Position numbers and translations under genes: made by a program. The notes below the pieces were generated by a model. The model searched no databases, was not told the DNA's origin, and saw only the letters and a list, made by a program, of their open reading frames with translations. Source: a virus (Duplodnaviria > Caudoviricetes). From it: a stretch of 40,101 nt of DNA. The DNA lies in the IMG/VR virus record IMGVR_UViG_3300048598_000591, positions 1-40,101 of that record; one strand, given 5' to 3'. Positions 1 through 9,594 of the stretch are shown piece after piece (within the stretch, counting starts at the first letter, position 1; every line of letters begins with the position of its first letter).

Positions 1-408
1 TCATTTTGAAGCCTCCGCAGTTGTCTTTTGTGCTGCCGTCCGAGCGATTGCTTCCGTGTGCTCGGCGATCTGTTTCGCTATGGGTTTGAGCTGCTCCTTC
101 AGGGCTTCCTTGTCCACCTCCGAGTCGTCCCCGGTGACATACTGAAGGAGCAGAGGAAACGTTTCGATCATGAGGTTATTGAGTTTAATTTTCTCGTTTG
201 CCTCGTCGATCCGAGCTTTCATTTCCTCGCTGACAGGAGCAGGGTCAGAAGCTATTGGACCGCCGCCCGGGCCCTTGACTATTTCTTTCCCCTGAACCTG
301 GCTGAGAAATAGCGCAGCATGATTCTCGTCGGTGATTTCTCCGTCCGGATTATCCATATTGAAGCCAAAGGCGAATCTCCCCGTGTCTTGCTCGTATTTG
401 TAAAACAT
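1..408 (-). CDS. Tail fibre assembly/chaperone-like protein (135 aa)
   Basis: ATG at 408 with GGAGG upstream; EITDENHAALF..Q.QGKEI...GGP pattern of fibre chaperones; follows the fibre gene. Confidence 0.65.
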   Translation of the reverse strand: MFYKYEQDTGRFAFGFNMDNPDGEITDENHAALFLSQVQGKEIVKGPGGGPIASDPAPVSEEMKARIDEANEKIKLNNLMIETFPLLLQYVTGDDSEVDKEALKEQLKPIAKQIAEHTEAIARTAAQKTTAEASK

Positions 409-419
409 GCCCTTTCCTC

Positions 420-1091
420 CTATCTCCCGACCGCCAGGTAACAATAAGGAACTTGGATGCCCATAGGAATGTCGTTGTGGTCGAACTGAATGTTGAAACC
501 ATTTTTGCTTAATCCTGTGACCATTGTTGAAATCTTTGAGCTTCCTGTCCCCCAATCCGCACCTATCGGAACGGGCCATACACCGTAACAAGCATTTAAA
601 AAGGCCCAGGGAAACGTGATTGACCCTGTTGCGATATTTCCGACAAGAGTTCCTGTCGTCGCATAGCCACCTTGAACTAACATTCCCGTCGGAAGCTGTT
701 GGTACCAGTACGGTGATCCATAGTTTCCGGCTTCGTATTTCGCAAACTGGCTTATGTTGATGACCTGGTTCCCCGTGGTTCCGTTTGCGGCGCTGAAGGC
801 CTGGTTCTGGTCGCCGTTGAGGCGGGCGAACGTCGCTTTGATCGCGGTCACGAGGTTGTTGAGACTCGCATCGTTTGCATCGTGCTCGTAATCCGCGATC
901 ACCTGGCCAAGTGCGGCAGTCATCGTCGTGATCTGGGTAAAGAGCTTGTTACCCAGGTCCGATGGAAAAATCGCGTGACCGTCCGGAGCTCCTCCGTCCC
1001 GCATCGTGTCCGCTGCATACTCCTCATCCGTGAGAATCGACCCCTCAAGGTTTGTCGCCCACTGAAGAAAAAGGTTGGTTCCTGCCGCCAT
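420..1091 (-). CDS. Short tail fibre protein (gp53-like C-terminal domain)
   Basis: After DUF2612-like gene; N-terminal anchor (NKLFTQITTM..ALGQVIAD); C-terminal YQQLPTGMLVQGG..ITFPWAF..YLAVG pattern. Confidence 0.75.
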   Translation of the reverse strand: MAAGTNLFLQWATNLEGSILTDEEYAADTMRDGGAPDGHAIFPSDLGNKLFTQITTMTAALGQVIADYEHDANDASLNNLVTAIKATFARLNGDQNQAFSAANGTTGNQVINISQFAKYEAGNYGSPYWYQQLPTGMLVQGGYATTGTLVGNIATGSITFPWAFLNACYGVWPVPIGADWGTGSSKISTMVTGLSKNGFNIQFDHNDIPMGIQVPYCYLAVGR

Positions 1092-1103
1092 CGTTCTCCT
1101 CCT

Positions 1104-1670
1104 CTACACCCAATGACCGCCATCGAAACCGCTGATATGGGTATCGTCGGCGTTGAATCCGAAGAAAGGTTCCGTTCCGATGTAATAGTTGACCTTGACC
1201 CCTTCCGGCCTCGGGACGATCATGTCGTGAGAGATGAGGTCCTGGACGATCGATGTGAAGACGCCGCTCAGGGTGACGTCGACGCTCATGTCGAGGTTGT
1301 CCTGGACTCTGATACGGCCGCCGGGAAAAATGCCCTCCCAGGCAGTCAGAAAGCTCGCCATTTTTCCGTCCCAGTGGTTTCTCGCAATCGTCGCCTTGAT
1401 GAGGATCCTGTAGGTGTCGTCGTCGAGGACCGGGCTTACGCTGCCCGTAGGCTGAAAAGAAACCGTCCTTTTGGCCCCGATCTGGGCCCCTACAATGTCG
1501 AGCTGAACACCCACGGCGTGGTCGACGTCGAAAGCCTCGGACAGAGACTCGGCGCACGTCTGGACGTCGATGAAGACCTGGAGGACCGCGGTCAGCCAGG
1601 CCATAAACTTTGGCTTGTCCCGGTGCTCGCTCGTGATGAGGTTCTTGTAGTAGTCGATTCCCCTGCTCAT
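1104..1670 (-). CDS. Baseplate wedge protein, DUF2612-like
   Basis: FDVDHAVGVQLDIVG and LDDDTYRILIKA.IARNHWDG motifs; follows baseplate J. Confidence 0.85.
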   Translation of the reverse strand: MSRGIDYYKNLITSEHRDKPKFMAWLTAVLQVFIDVQTCAESLSEAFDVDHAVGVQLDIVGAQIGAKRTVSFQPTGSVSPVLDDDTYRILIKATIARNHWDGKMASFLTAWEGIFPGGRIRVQDNLDMSVDVTLSGVFTSIVQDLISHDMIVPRPEGVKVNYYIGTEPFFGFNADDTHISGFDGGHWV

Positions 1671-2839
1671 ATGCTGTTCACCGTAATATTCGCAAGGACG
1701 CCTTCGGCGACATGATCAAAGTCGATGGCCACGTCGGTCGACGCATCGGGAGCAGGCGCAATCCCCCAGTAAAGCGACTGAATGGAGAAAACCGGTTTCG
1801 CGAGGTCGGGCATGACCGAGTATGCCGCGGCCCTGATCGCGTTGGTCACGGGCGCGCCGATCTGGAGGGACTGAAGGTAGCTGTAGACCGCCGCCTTGAT
1901 GCTGGCCAGGTCTTCGGAAGTTCCGCCGGTGAGGAGCTGGACGTTTGCGATCACGTAGATCGGGACGTACGTCGGCCGGCTGAACTTGATATTTACCGTC
2001 GTTCCGTCGGGCTTTGTCACCGCTACTGTTGTTGTCCCGTTCACTCCGCAGCCGTCACCCTTGTTGAGGGCGATCGCCGAGGCTATGGCAGCGTCCGCCC
2101 CTCCCTCGACCACCGCCCAGATCGAATGAGGAGCGAGGCCGTTATCGTCCTCGACGTTCGTGAAGTTCTCCAGGACATTGGACCGCGTGACGCCAAAAAT
2201 AGCCGAGATTGCCGCCTTTGTTCCCTCGAAGAGCGTTTTCGAGGGAAGCATGGTGCTCACGGACTGACGTCCCCTGAGGGTGGAATCGGCCTCGACCGGT
2301 TGCCCCTGGGTAGCTGCCGAGGCGTTCGTGACGGCCGTCCATCCGGCCGTGGGGGTCGATATTTTCGTGATCGTCCCGGCGAGGGCCGCGACTGCTCCCA
2401 GAGCTTCGCATATGGCGGTGACGACGATCGAGCCGCCAGCGGGAATCTCGACCGGTGTCGGAAGGTCCCATTTATAGCCGTTCACGTCCTGGGCGACGCC
2501 GTTCGTGATGACGGAACCGGCGACCCCTGTGAGGGTGAGCTGGCAACTCGAGTAAGAGGCCGATTTCCTTTTCACACCGTTCAGCTTGACGAGCGAGTCG
2601 AGGGACGCGCCTATGGCATGGGCCGGGGCCCGGTTGTTGTAGTCGACCTGGAGTGATTGGTTCGCGTCGGCGGCGAGGAGGGATAGCGCCGAGATCCATT
2701 GATGGTCCTGGGAGTCGTTCTCGAGATAGACGTCATCGCCGAAGATGGACCTGTAGGCCGTCTCGAGATGATCGAGTACGTCCTGATAGGTATTGATGTG
2801 AAGCCCGGATGCGTCGACGTAAGGGGCCTGGTATGCCAT
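1667..2839 (-). CDS. Baseplate J/gp47-like protein
   Basis: AIGASLDSL..LNGVKRK, EADSTLRGRQ, PHSIWAVVEGG, IKFSRPT motifs; 390 aa. Confidence 0.9.
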   Translation of the reverse strand: MAYQAPYVDASGLHINTYQDVLDHLETAYRSIFGDDVYLENDSQDHQWISALSLLAADANQSLQVDYNNRAPAHAIGASLDSLVKLNGVKRKSASYSSCQLTLTGVAGSVITNGVAQDVNGYKWDLPTPVEIPAGGSIVVTAICEALGAVAALAGTITKISTPTAGWTAVTNASAATQGQPVEADSTLRGRQSVSTMLPSKTLFEGTKAAISAIFGVTRSNVLENFTNVEDDNGLAPHSIWAVVEGGADAAIASAIALNKGDGCGVNGTTTVAVTKPDGTTVNIKFSRPTYVPIYVIANVQLLTGGTSEDLASIKAAVYSYLQSLQIGAPVTNAIRAAAYSVMPDLAKPVFSIQSLYWGIAPAPDASTDVAIDFDHVAEGVLANITVNSI

Positions 2840-3192
2840 TATGCGTTGCCTCCTGTGATCGTTACGGTGCCAAAAGGCGTGAGAGCTGTGCAGGAGAAAG
2901 AGTACTGCCTATTGGAAAGGCTCGAGGACATATCCTGGATGCCGGTGACCCCTTGGGTCCCGAGTATCCTTTCTATATAGAGGCGATCGATCTGCTCCCT
3001 GGTTGCCCCATAGACGCCGAGGATCTTCTGCCAGAGGGGAAGGCCGTCCTGGGTGTTCTCCCACCATTCTCCCTGCAGGAGGCGAAGACGCGTGAGGATG
3101 GCCTGGCCTATGGCGCCATGATCGGAAACAAAATCGGCCTGACCCGATCCCGCGCATATGTCGCCGTTTGCGTCTATCCTGCGATACCTCAC
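2839..3192 (-). CDS. Baseplate wedge initiator (gp46/W-like)
   Basis: AIGQAILTRLRLLQGEWW...GLP motif; between spike and J. Confidence 0.8.
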   Translation of the reverse strand: MRYRRIDANGDICAGSGQADFVSDHGAIGQAILTRLRLLQGEWWENTQDGLPLWQKILGVYGATREQIDRLYIERILGTQGVTGIQDMSSSLSNRQYSFSCTALTPFGTVTITGGNA

Positions 3193-3821
3193 GCCACACC
3201 TCCCGTTTGGTCAGGACCCGCCTGGACGCCTGTATGTCTGTGGGGCAGGAAAGCCTTGCCCTCGATGGTGACACCGGTCGCGTCGATGACGATGGTCTTG
3301 CCGGCAAAGGAAAGGGTGAGGGCGGTCGGCGAAAGGTCGATAAAGGCCGTACCGGCCTCATTCCTTATTTGAAGACTGGTCGACGAATATTCCGAGATCG
3401 CTCGAGGCTGGCTCCATGCCATAGGAACCGCGAAGGCATCGGCGAGGGAGTGACGGCGCTTGAAAACCTGGTTTTGCACGCCTCCCGACTGGAACCATGC
3501 ATCGATGCAGGAGTCGGCGAAAAAGACCCAGCACTCGTCACCCGAAGCAACCGGGAGGGTGAGCATAAAACCGCCGGCGCGGGGGATCCCCACGCGCACG
3601 TCGACGAGGAGAGGAAGGTCCTTGTCCATGAGGGGGAAAACCCCTGTTTCCATCCTCATCTTCTCGCGGATTGCAAGCTGGATCTCCGCGGTCTGTTTCT
3701 CGGGATCGAAGCTCCTTACAATACCGGGCGCGCCGACACGGAGCCTCGTCTCTATCGCGTCCGCGATCGCCCTGTGCAGCTCGTCCTCCTGTTTCAGTCT
3801 TTCTCCCATGCTGAGTGGCAT
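3189..3821 (-). CDS. Baseplate central spike (Gp138-like)
   Basis: PGIVRSFDP, LTLPVASGDECWVFFADSCIDAW, RRHSLADA; C-terminal HxH (HRHTGV) metal-binding tip. Confidence 0.9.
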   Translation of the reverse strand: MPLSMGERLKQEDELHRAIADAIETRLRVGAPGIVRSFDPEKQTAEIQLAIREKMRMETGVFPLMDKDLPLLVDVRVGIPRAGGFMLTLPVASGDECWVFFADSCIDAWFQSGGVQNQVFKRRHSLADAFAVPMAWSQPRAISEYSSTSLQIRNEAGTAFIDLSPTALTLSFAGKTIVIDATGVTIEGKAFLPHRHTGVQAGPDQTGGVA

Positions 3822-4766
3822 CTATTTACCTGCCCCGCTATATGATGGAAAAAGCGGCGAGACCGCCCCTTCGAGATTTATTCCCGTCACATCGACGTAC
3901 CAGTCATGTCCCCGCGTGCTGCCTCTGTACGTTACCGCGACGACCTTGTACTGGCCGTCCTGGTCGAGAGGCGTCAGATATTGACCAATGCAGGCTTTCA
4001 TCGTCCTTATGGTGGCCTGGTCGAGTTTCACGACCATATAGGGGCTCGCGATCGTGATATTGGGGTTGAGAAGCGAGCGAAACCATACACCGAAGGACGT
4101 CTGCTCGGGCGACCCTATAAGACCCGTTTCAGGGCTGATCACGAGGGCATCCGTTGCATAACCGTCGTCGAATTTGGTCATGTTGAGCTTGTCCTCGTCG
4201 TCCGTCCAGAACTGAGCGTTGTTGTCCTGGGCGATAGGCCTCAGGAGGTCCTTAAGGTCTCCTATGAGGGCAATACCCCGGGGCGCTTTCTTCGCGTCGA
4301 GGCTTTCCGAGATCGTTCCTATCGCGACCTGGTTATGGGCATTGCGCGCGAGAGCGGAAATGAGGGCGCGATAGTCATAGCCGGACTGAAGGCTGACGCT
4401 CGTGAGGTTGGGGTTCCAGAGGTCGAAACCGTTGAGGCAATAGAGGGTCGTGCGAAAATCGGTCACGTTGTCCCGATCAAACACGGGTTGAAAGACGTTG
4501 CCCTTGAAGATCCGCCCATAGGGGCCATTCACATAACCAGCCTCGATGACAACCTCGTTGCCTTCCTCTATGATGTGATGCTCGGTCTCTACGTTGAGGT
4601 TCCACATGCTCACCATAGCGGAAAACGAACACTGGCCGACCGCCTTGTCGACTCGAAACGAGCACTGAAGGGCCTTTTCTCCCATGCTGGAATCGGAAAC
4701 GATCCACTGTTCTCCGGAGGACGAAGTAACCGTGATCTTCCATTTTCGCCCGTAATACTGGCTCAT
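3822..4766 (-). CDS. Baseplate hub protein
   Basis: IEAGY..YGRIFKG, ISPETGLIGSP, LLNP, DGQYKV..RGSTRGHDWY; ATG 4766 overlaps the upstream stop. Confidence 0.8.
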   Translation of the reverse strand: MSQYYGRKWKITVTSSSGEQWIVSDSSMGEKALQCSFRVDKAVGQCSFSAMVSMWNLNVETEHHIIEEGNEVVIEAGYVNGPYGRIFKGNVFQPVFDRDNVTDFRTTLYCLNGFDLWNPNLTSVSLQSGYDYRALISALARNAHNQVAIGTISESLDAKKAPRGIALIGDLKDLLRPIAQDNNAQFWTDDEDKLNMTKFDDGYATDALVISPETGLIGSPEQTSFGVWFRSLLNPNITIASPYMVVKLDQATIRTMKACIGQYLTPLDQDGQYKVVAVTYRGSTRGHDWYVDVTGINLEGAVSPLFPSYSGAGK

Positions 4767-5101
4767 GCGTCCCCCCATACGAGGACGAATTCGGTACCGA
4801 GATTCCCGGCGTCGGGCCAGTCCATGGCAACGGAGCCGACCGGGACGACGTAGGCGCTGCCGATGCCCAGGTATCCGTACTGGCCGAGCACGTTAGCGGA
4901 GGGATATTCTCCGGTTATCAAAGGTATCCCGGAAAGGAGGATTGTCCCCGTTGCCGGGTCGGTCACGTCCATTACCCAGTACGAGGCGCTCTCATTATAG
5001 GAGATCTTGAGCTGAAGGTTCCGGGCCGTCCCGTCTACGGTGACGGTCGTCCTCAGCGTCTGGTTAGGGTCGGAAGTCAAGGGGACGACCTGGGCGCTCA
5101 T
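4763..5101 (-). CDS. Small baseplate (plug-like) protein
   Basis: VPLTSDPNQT..W.MDV..GIPLITG..NVLGQYGYLGIG; position between Dit-like and hub. Confidence 0.7.
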   Translation of the reverse strand: MSAQVVPLTSDPNQTLRTTVTVDGTARNLQLKISYNESASYWVMDVTDPATGTILLSGIPLITGEYPSANVLGQYGYLGIGSAYVVPVGSVAMDWPDAGNLGTEFVLVWGDA

Positions 5102-5102
5102 T

Positions 5103-5873
5103 CTATTTCCCTTCGAGATACTTCTTCCAGGACTCGTAAAGGCCTCTGCCTTTATTGTCGATTTTGCTCGCTACCGACCCGTCCGAATTGGCGAGGGGCG
5201 TCGACTGGACGGGCCCCTTATCGGTCGTTTTTGTCATCTGGGGCCGCGTTGGGACGGTCTGGGTCGGCACGGTAGCGACGATTATCTGTCGCATCCGGAC
5301 GATCGCACGGAGACCGTATGCGGTCCTCACGTCGTCGGGCGCGGCTAACTGTTCGATGAGCATATTCTCGTAGGTGTCCAGACGGGTCGTCACGCTGAGA
5401 GGAATACGGAGCCCCTGGAGTTGCTTGAGCACCTGGTACGCGTTGACACTCTTCGAAGGCTGAGGGAAAACCGCCGAGAGAAGACCCGTGGCAAGCTGAG
5501 CGTACTTTGCCGCCTGGCCACCCGTGAGGATGTTCAGTGCTCCGAGCCCGAGAGAGGAAGCCTGAGTGCCGAGCGAAGGGGCCTTGAACTGGCCGGGTAT
5601 GATAGAGGCCATCACATCGGACATGCCTATTTCGAGCGTGATTTGCGCGGGGAGCATGAAGGCGTGGTCGACGACGTTGGCGCCCGTCTGGATAGGATGT
5701 TCCGTCATCCTAAGGGTTCGGTTGTGCTCGACCCGAAGAACCGCGTCGAAGAAGAAACCGGCGATCGACGTTTTCGCATAGACAAGCTGGGAGCCCTCGA
5801 AGGAGATCGGCCGGTAGCCGTCCTGGTTGACGAGAGAAAGGGTTCCCGCTATCGCGTAGTCGATCCCGCTCAC
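5103..5873 (-). CDS. Dit-like tail/baseplate protein
   Basis: FDAVLRVEH..MTEHPIQTGANVVDHA and V.T.L..YENMLI motifs; follows tape measure. Confidence 0.8.
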   Translation of the reverse strand: MSGIDYAIAGTLSLVNQDGYRPISFEGSQLVYAKTSIAGFFFDAVLRVEHNRTLRMTEHPIQTGANVVDHAFMLPAQITLEIGMSDVMASIIPGQFKAPSLGTQASSLGLGALNILTGGQAAKYAQLATGLLSAVFPQPSKSVNAYQVLKQLQGLRIPLSVTTRLDTYENMLIEQLAAPDDVRTAYGLRAIVRMRQIIVATVPTQTVPTRPQMTKTTDKGPVQSTPLANSDGSVASKIDNKGRGLYESWKKYLEGK

Positions 5874-7375
5874 TGGATTGCCCCCTGAAATTCACGCAGG
5901 CGCCGCGCGATCGCCATGCCCGTACCCTCTTCGACGCCTTTCTGCACGGCGCGCGCGATCTCGTCGGGCGTCGCGTTGGACCCCGGAACATTAATGGTGA
6001 TGGAGCCGACGTCGAACTTCACGTCGCCCATTCCTGCGGACCATTTTGCCCTCGAGGAGTTCCAGGGGGACCATCCCCTTGCGTCCTTCGCAAGCCATGC
6101 GGCGGCTTCGATGTTCTTGTCGGGATCGAGAAGGTCCTTCCAGTCGCCTATGATCCCCGCCTTCTTGAGGGCGGGGATGTTCGTCTGGTTGATCTGAAAG
6201 AGACCATAGTCGATCGACCCGTTTTTGTTACGATTCCACGCCCCCGGTCTGCCGGTGGACTCGGCCATCATGATGCGCGTCGCAATATCGGCATTGGAGC
6301 CGAAGGCTGCGCCGATTTTTGCCCCGTACCCTCCCACCCCTGCGGGGGCTCCGCTACCCGGACCTCCCGAGAAGGGCCTATTCCAGATTGTCTCGAGGTC
6401 TTTCCTGAACTGAGCATCCCCTTCGGGATCGTCGACGCCTTTCCAGAAGCCGCCATTTCCATACAGCTTTTTGAAACGCGCCAGGGAGATGGCCATTGTT
6501 TCGATTGATTTGCCGATCTTGTCGGTGATCCAGAGAAGGGTATACCAGACGGGGGCGAGGGTCGCCGAACTCTTTCGGCCATCGATATAAGCATAAAAGT
6601 CATCGACGAGAACAATAAGGGTGGAGATTACAAGCATGGCACGGCCGAGAGGGCTCGTTACGGTGAAATAGGCCGCGATGCCGAGGAGCACCGGACCAAG
6701 ATCCTTGAAGAGCCTCAGGAGCGAGCCGCCGAGATCCATCATCATGGCGATCCATCCCGCGATTTTGTCGGTCCATCGGGGCATGTTTTCCTGCACCCAA
6801 TCATTGAAGCTCTTGAGCTTGTCGTCGGCGTCCCCGAGGGGACCGGCCAGGTGCTTTACGAGATTGACCCCTACCCACTGGAGGCCGTAGGTCGCCTCGA
6901 TCTTCATTCGCGTGAACTCGGTCCTGATGTCCCTGAGGTAGCGCATCTGCTCCTTGAAATTGCCCCCAGGCTCCATGCCGCCGGCCTCGCCCATGAGCTT
7001 GAGGTACCGCTCCCGGAGCTCCGGGATCCACGCGATGTCGTCGAGGGACTCTCCCATCGCGTCGGTGACGATCTTGAGCTTTTTTGCCTCGTTCGTCGCC
7101 ATGTACATGCGCAGCGCGAACTTCTGGTAGCCGAGGTCCGCGCTCGAGATCTTATCGAGGAGGCCGGCCGTCGCCGTGGCCACGGATGCGAGGGCACCCG
7201 TGATGATGCCGGCCGCCTTCGCATAATTGGCCGACATGCCGGTCGCGTGGCTTTCGACCTTTTTTCCCGCCTGCTCGATGAGCTGATTGAACTGACGGTA
7301 CTGGTTCTGGTCGACCGAGAAACCGAGAGAGACCAGATAGCTCTTGATGACGTCGAGGGACCCTGCCATTGTCAT
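5870..7375 (-). CDS. Tape measure protein with C-terminal lytic transglycosylase domain
   Basis: IKSYLVSLGF start, helical body, hydrophobic segments, SLT motifs AES / GLFQIN / DPDKNIEAA. Confidence 0.88.
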   Translation of the reverse strand: MTMAGSLDVIKSYLVSLGFSVDQNQYRQFNQLIEQAGKKVESHATGMSANYAKAAGIITGALASVATATAGLLDKISSADLGYQKFALRMYMATNEAKKLKIVTDAMGESLDDIAWIPELRERYLKLMGEAGGMEPGGNFKEQMRYLRDIRTEFTRMKIEATYGLQWVGVNLVKHLAGPLGDADDKLKSFNDWVQENMPRWTDKIAGWIAMMMDLGGSLLRLFKDLGPVLLGIAAYFTVTSPLGRAMLVISTLIVLVDDFYAYIDGRKSSATLAPVWYTLLWITDKIGKSIETMAISLARFKKLYGNGGFWKGVDDPEGDAQFRKDLETIWNRPFSGGPGSGAPAGVGGYGAKIGAAFGSNADIATRIMMAESTGRPGAWNRNKNGSIDYGLFQINQTNIPALKKAGIIGDWKDLLDPDKNIEAAAWLAKDARGWSPWNSSRAKWSAGMGDVKFDVGSITINVPGSNATPDEIARAVQKGVEEGTGMAIARRLREFQGAIQ

Positions 7376-7611
7376 CTATCCTTCGGATTGAGAAAGTCGT
7401 GAAGCCTCTTTTCGTTTTCCGTCTTCACGGTGAGGATCTCGTGCGCATCGAGCAGATCGTCTATGTTGTATGTGCCGTCCCACACTTCGTGTTGCCTCCA
7501 CATGCCCGCGATTACCGGGGCGTATGCAAATTCGTCAAGATTGACGCATCGAAGGGGAGAGAATCCTTGAAGGTCGTTATTATCCCTTTCAATGCGTTTC
7601 CGTCGAAAAAA
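7372..7611 (-). CDS. C-terminal extension of tail chaperone reached by -1 frameshift
   Basis: Open -1 frame encoding APVIAGMWRQHEVWDGTYNIDDLLDAHEIL, entered at slippery T TTT TTC (7611-7605); stop overlaps tape-measure ATG. Confidence 0.7.
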   Translation of the reverse strand, partial: FFRRKRIERDNNDLQGFSPLRCVNLDEFAYAPVIAGMWRQHEVWDGTYNIDDLLDAHEILTVKTENEKRLHDFLNPKDR

Positions 7612-8000
7612 GGCGATACGTTGAAAATGATCGAATGGGCGGTGAGGGCCATGACGAGGACCACGTCCTCCGAAAGCCCTTCGGCGGCCCATTTTCCGTT
7701 GAGGCGCAAGGGGGAAGGCGTCTCCACTTCTCCCACCATCTTGAGTTCCTTAACGGCGGAAAGGGCGTCCGTCTGGATCTGGACGAACTCGCCTTTGTCC
7801 ATGGCTCCAAGTTCGTTGGCGATCGAAGCCGTCACCATGGCCGGGTCGTTTATTGCCCCTGCCACTATTCCCATGACGAGGTTCGAAAGTCTGGAGGCGA
7901 TCTTCGTCGCCAGGAAGGAGCCGGTGAGCGGATCGAGCTTGTCGAGCCTCCAACGGCGACCACTTATCTCGATAATCTTGAAAGGTTCTCTCTTTTCCAC
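7512..8000 (-). CDS. Tail assembly chaperone
   Basis: 162 aa between tail tube and tape measure; strong SD. Confidence 0.8.
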   Translation of the reverse strand: MEKREPFKIIEISGRRWRLDKLDPLTGSFLATKIASRLSNLVMGIVAGAINDPAMVTASIANELGAMDKGEFVQIQTDALSAVKELKMVGEVETPSPLRLNGKWAAEGLSEDVVLVMALTAHSIIFNVSPFFDGNALKGIITTFKDSLPFDASILTNLHTPR

Positions 8001-8009
8001 GTCTCCTCC

Positions 8010-8444
8010 TTATGTCGTGATGGACTGGATGTCGGCCGCCTTGAAAACCCACGTCACATACTGACCCTGGGCCTGATAGGACCTATCCGGCACCTTTTGA
8101 AAGCTCACGCCGTTCGCGAAATGGCCGTTCCCGGTGCTTACGTTCCGGAGCGACATTGCCATCTGGGCCCATTGGCTCGCATCGGCGTTGTTGATGAGGT
8201 TGTAGCCGGCAAGGAGTTTTTTGTCGAGCTCGCTCGTCTGCTGCACCTCGATCGAGATGGTGCCTGGACTGCCCGCAATCTTGCTCACCATCACCACACC
8301 GTCGGCTGCCGTATCGTGAACGGTCTTTTCCGTGTCCATGGTGACGTTGATGCTTTTCAGCCCCACCTGGCCGGCAAAATCGATATAGCCGAAGAGTGCG
8401 TGAGTGAGGGCGCCCACAAGGTCTTCGAAGCTGTACTGGTTCAT
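8010..8444 (-). CDS. Tail tube protein (DUF3277-like)
   Basis: YSFED, AADG.VMVSKIAG..GTISIEVQQTS, VTWVF; follows sheath. Confidence 0.85.
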   Translation of the reverse strand: MNQYSFEDLVGALTHALFGYIDFAGQVGLKSINVTMDTEKTVHDTAADGVVMVSKIAGSPGTISIEVQQTSELDKKLLAGYNLINNADASQWAQMAMSLRNVSTGNGHFANGVSFQKVPDRSYQAQGQYVTWVFKAADIQSITT

Positions 8445-8457
8445 GATCTTTTCCTCC

Positions 8458-9585
8458 TTAATCGACGTAGACGCCTATGAGCACGCCCTGGACGCCGTTT
8501 GCCTCATGGCAGGCGACGTAGATGGGCGGGGACTTCCGGGCGCTGCGGTCGGCATTCGACATGGACGAGACGGTCGGGGCCTGGATCACGTACCCCTGAG
8601 GCATGGGATCGCCCGGGTTGAGATTGAGGACTGGCTGGAGGCCCATCCAGGTACCCGGGGCGAGGTACCCGCGGACCCTCGCTGCCTCGCAGGCCTGACC
8701 CACGACGTGGATGATCTGATGGACGCCGGAATCGGTCAGGGGAACTTTGGGAACCGCGTTGAGGAGGTCGCTCACGTTGAGCTGGATCGCGTTGGCGAGC
8801 ATGTCCGCGTTGAGCATCTGGTCGAACCAGCGGCCGGACGGCAGGCGGCCGTCCTCGAACCAGTTATAGAAACTGCCGCGCTGGATGTAGACGTTGCCGT
8901 TGTCCCCGTGGATCGTCGAGACGTCGTTCTCGGTCATGGGGTTTGCCGCGGCGAGGTTCTCGGCCGTGACGCCGACGAGGTTCTTGAAATCCATGACAAA
9001 GGCGCTGTTCGCGAGGCCCGTGTTGACTCCCATGGCCCTGCCCATCAGGGCCGCGCCGGCGCGGGTCGTCGTGGTCCAAAGTCCCATGGAGCGGTTATAG
9101 CCTGCCGCTTTCAGCGTGTCGAACACGTTGCCGTCGGTCCCCGCTTTCGCGTCCGCATCTTGCGTATCGAAGAGGTACATACTGTAAGGCGTCATGCTCT
9201 CGACCGATGCCGCCACGGCGACATGGTCGGCTTTGGCGGCAGCGCACGCGTAAGCGGTGTACCAGTCGGCGTTCGCCGCCCGGCATGCTTCGAGGGCCTG
9301 GAGGATCGAATCGGTGCCTGTGACCTGGCGGCCAACATTGAGGTACACCGGCGTCGGTACCTGGTTGAAATAGAGCTGAGCGGCAAGGTATTCCGGATCC
9401 GTGTCCAGGAAGCCGTCCGTGAGCATTGAGGCGGGAGACGTGTATTTTTTGACCCTCGTCGCGGCCGAGATATGGGCCGACGGACCGATGATCAAACCCT
9501 GGTTGAATCCCGACCTGGTCGCGGCCGGGGGGGAAAGGTAAACCGCCAACTGGACAATGTTGTTGAGCGTGAGGGGTATGGACAT
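8458..9585 (-). CDS. Tail sheath protein (DUF3383-like)
   Basis: GF.DTDPEY.AA.LYF.Q.P.P, FKNLVGV, KVPLTDSG, RSARKSPPI motifs. Confidence 0.9.
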   Translation of the reverse strand: MSIPLTLNNIVQLAVYLSPPAATRSGFNQGLIIGPSAHISAATRVKKYTSPASMLTDGFLDTDPEYLAAQLYFNQVPTPVYLNVGRQVTGTDSILQALEACRAANADWYTAYACAAAKADHVAVAASVESMTPYSMYLFDTQDADAKAGTDGNVFDTLKAAGYNRSMGLWTTTTRAGAALMGRAMGVNTGLANSAFVMDFKNLVGVTAENLAAANPMTENDVSTIHGDNGNVYIQRGSFYNWFEDGRLPSGRWFDQMLNADMLANAIQLNVSDLLNAVPKVPLTDSGVHQIIHVVGQACEAARVRGYLAPGTWMGLQPVLNLNPGDPMPQGYVIQAPTVSSMSNADRSARKSPPIYVACHEANGVQGVLIGVYVD

Positions 9586-9594
9586 TGTGACCTC

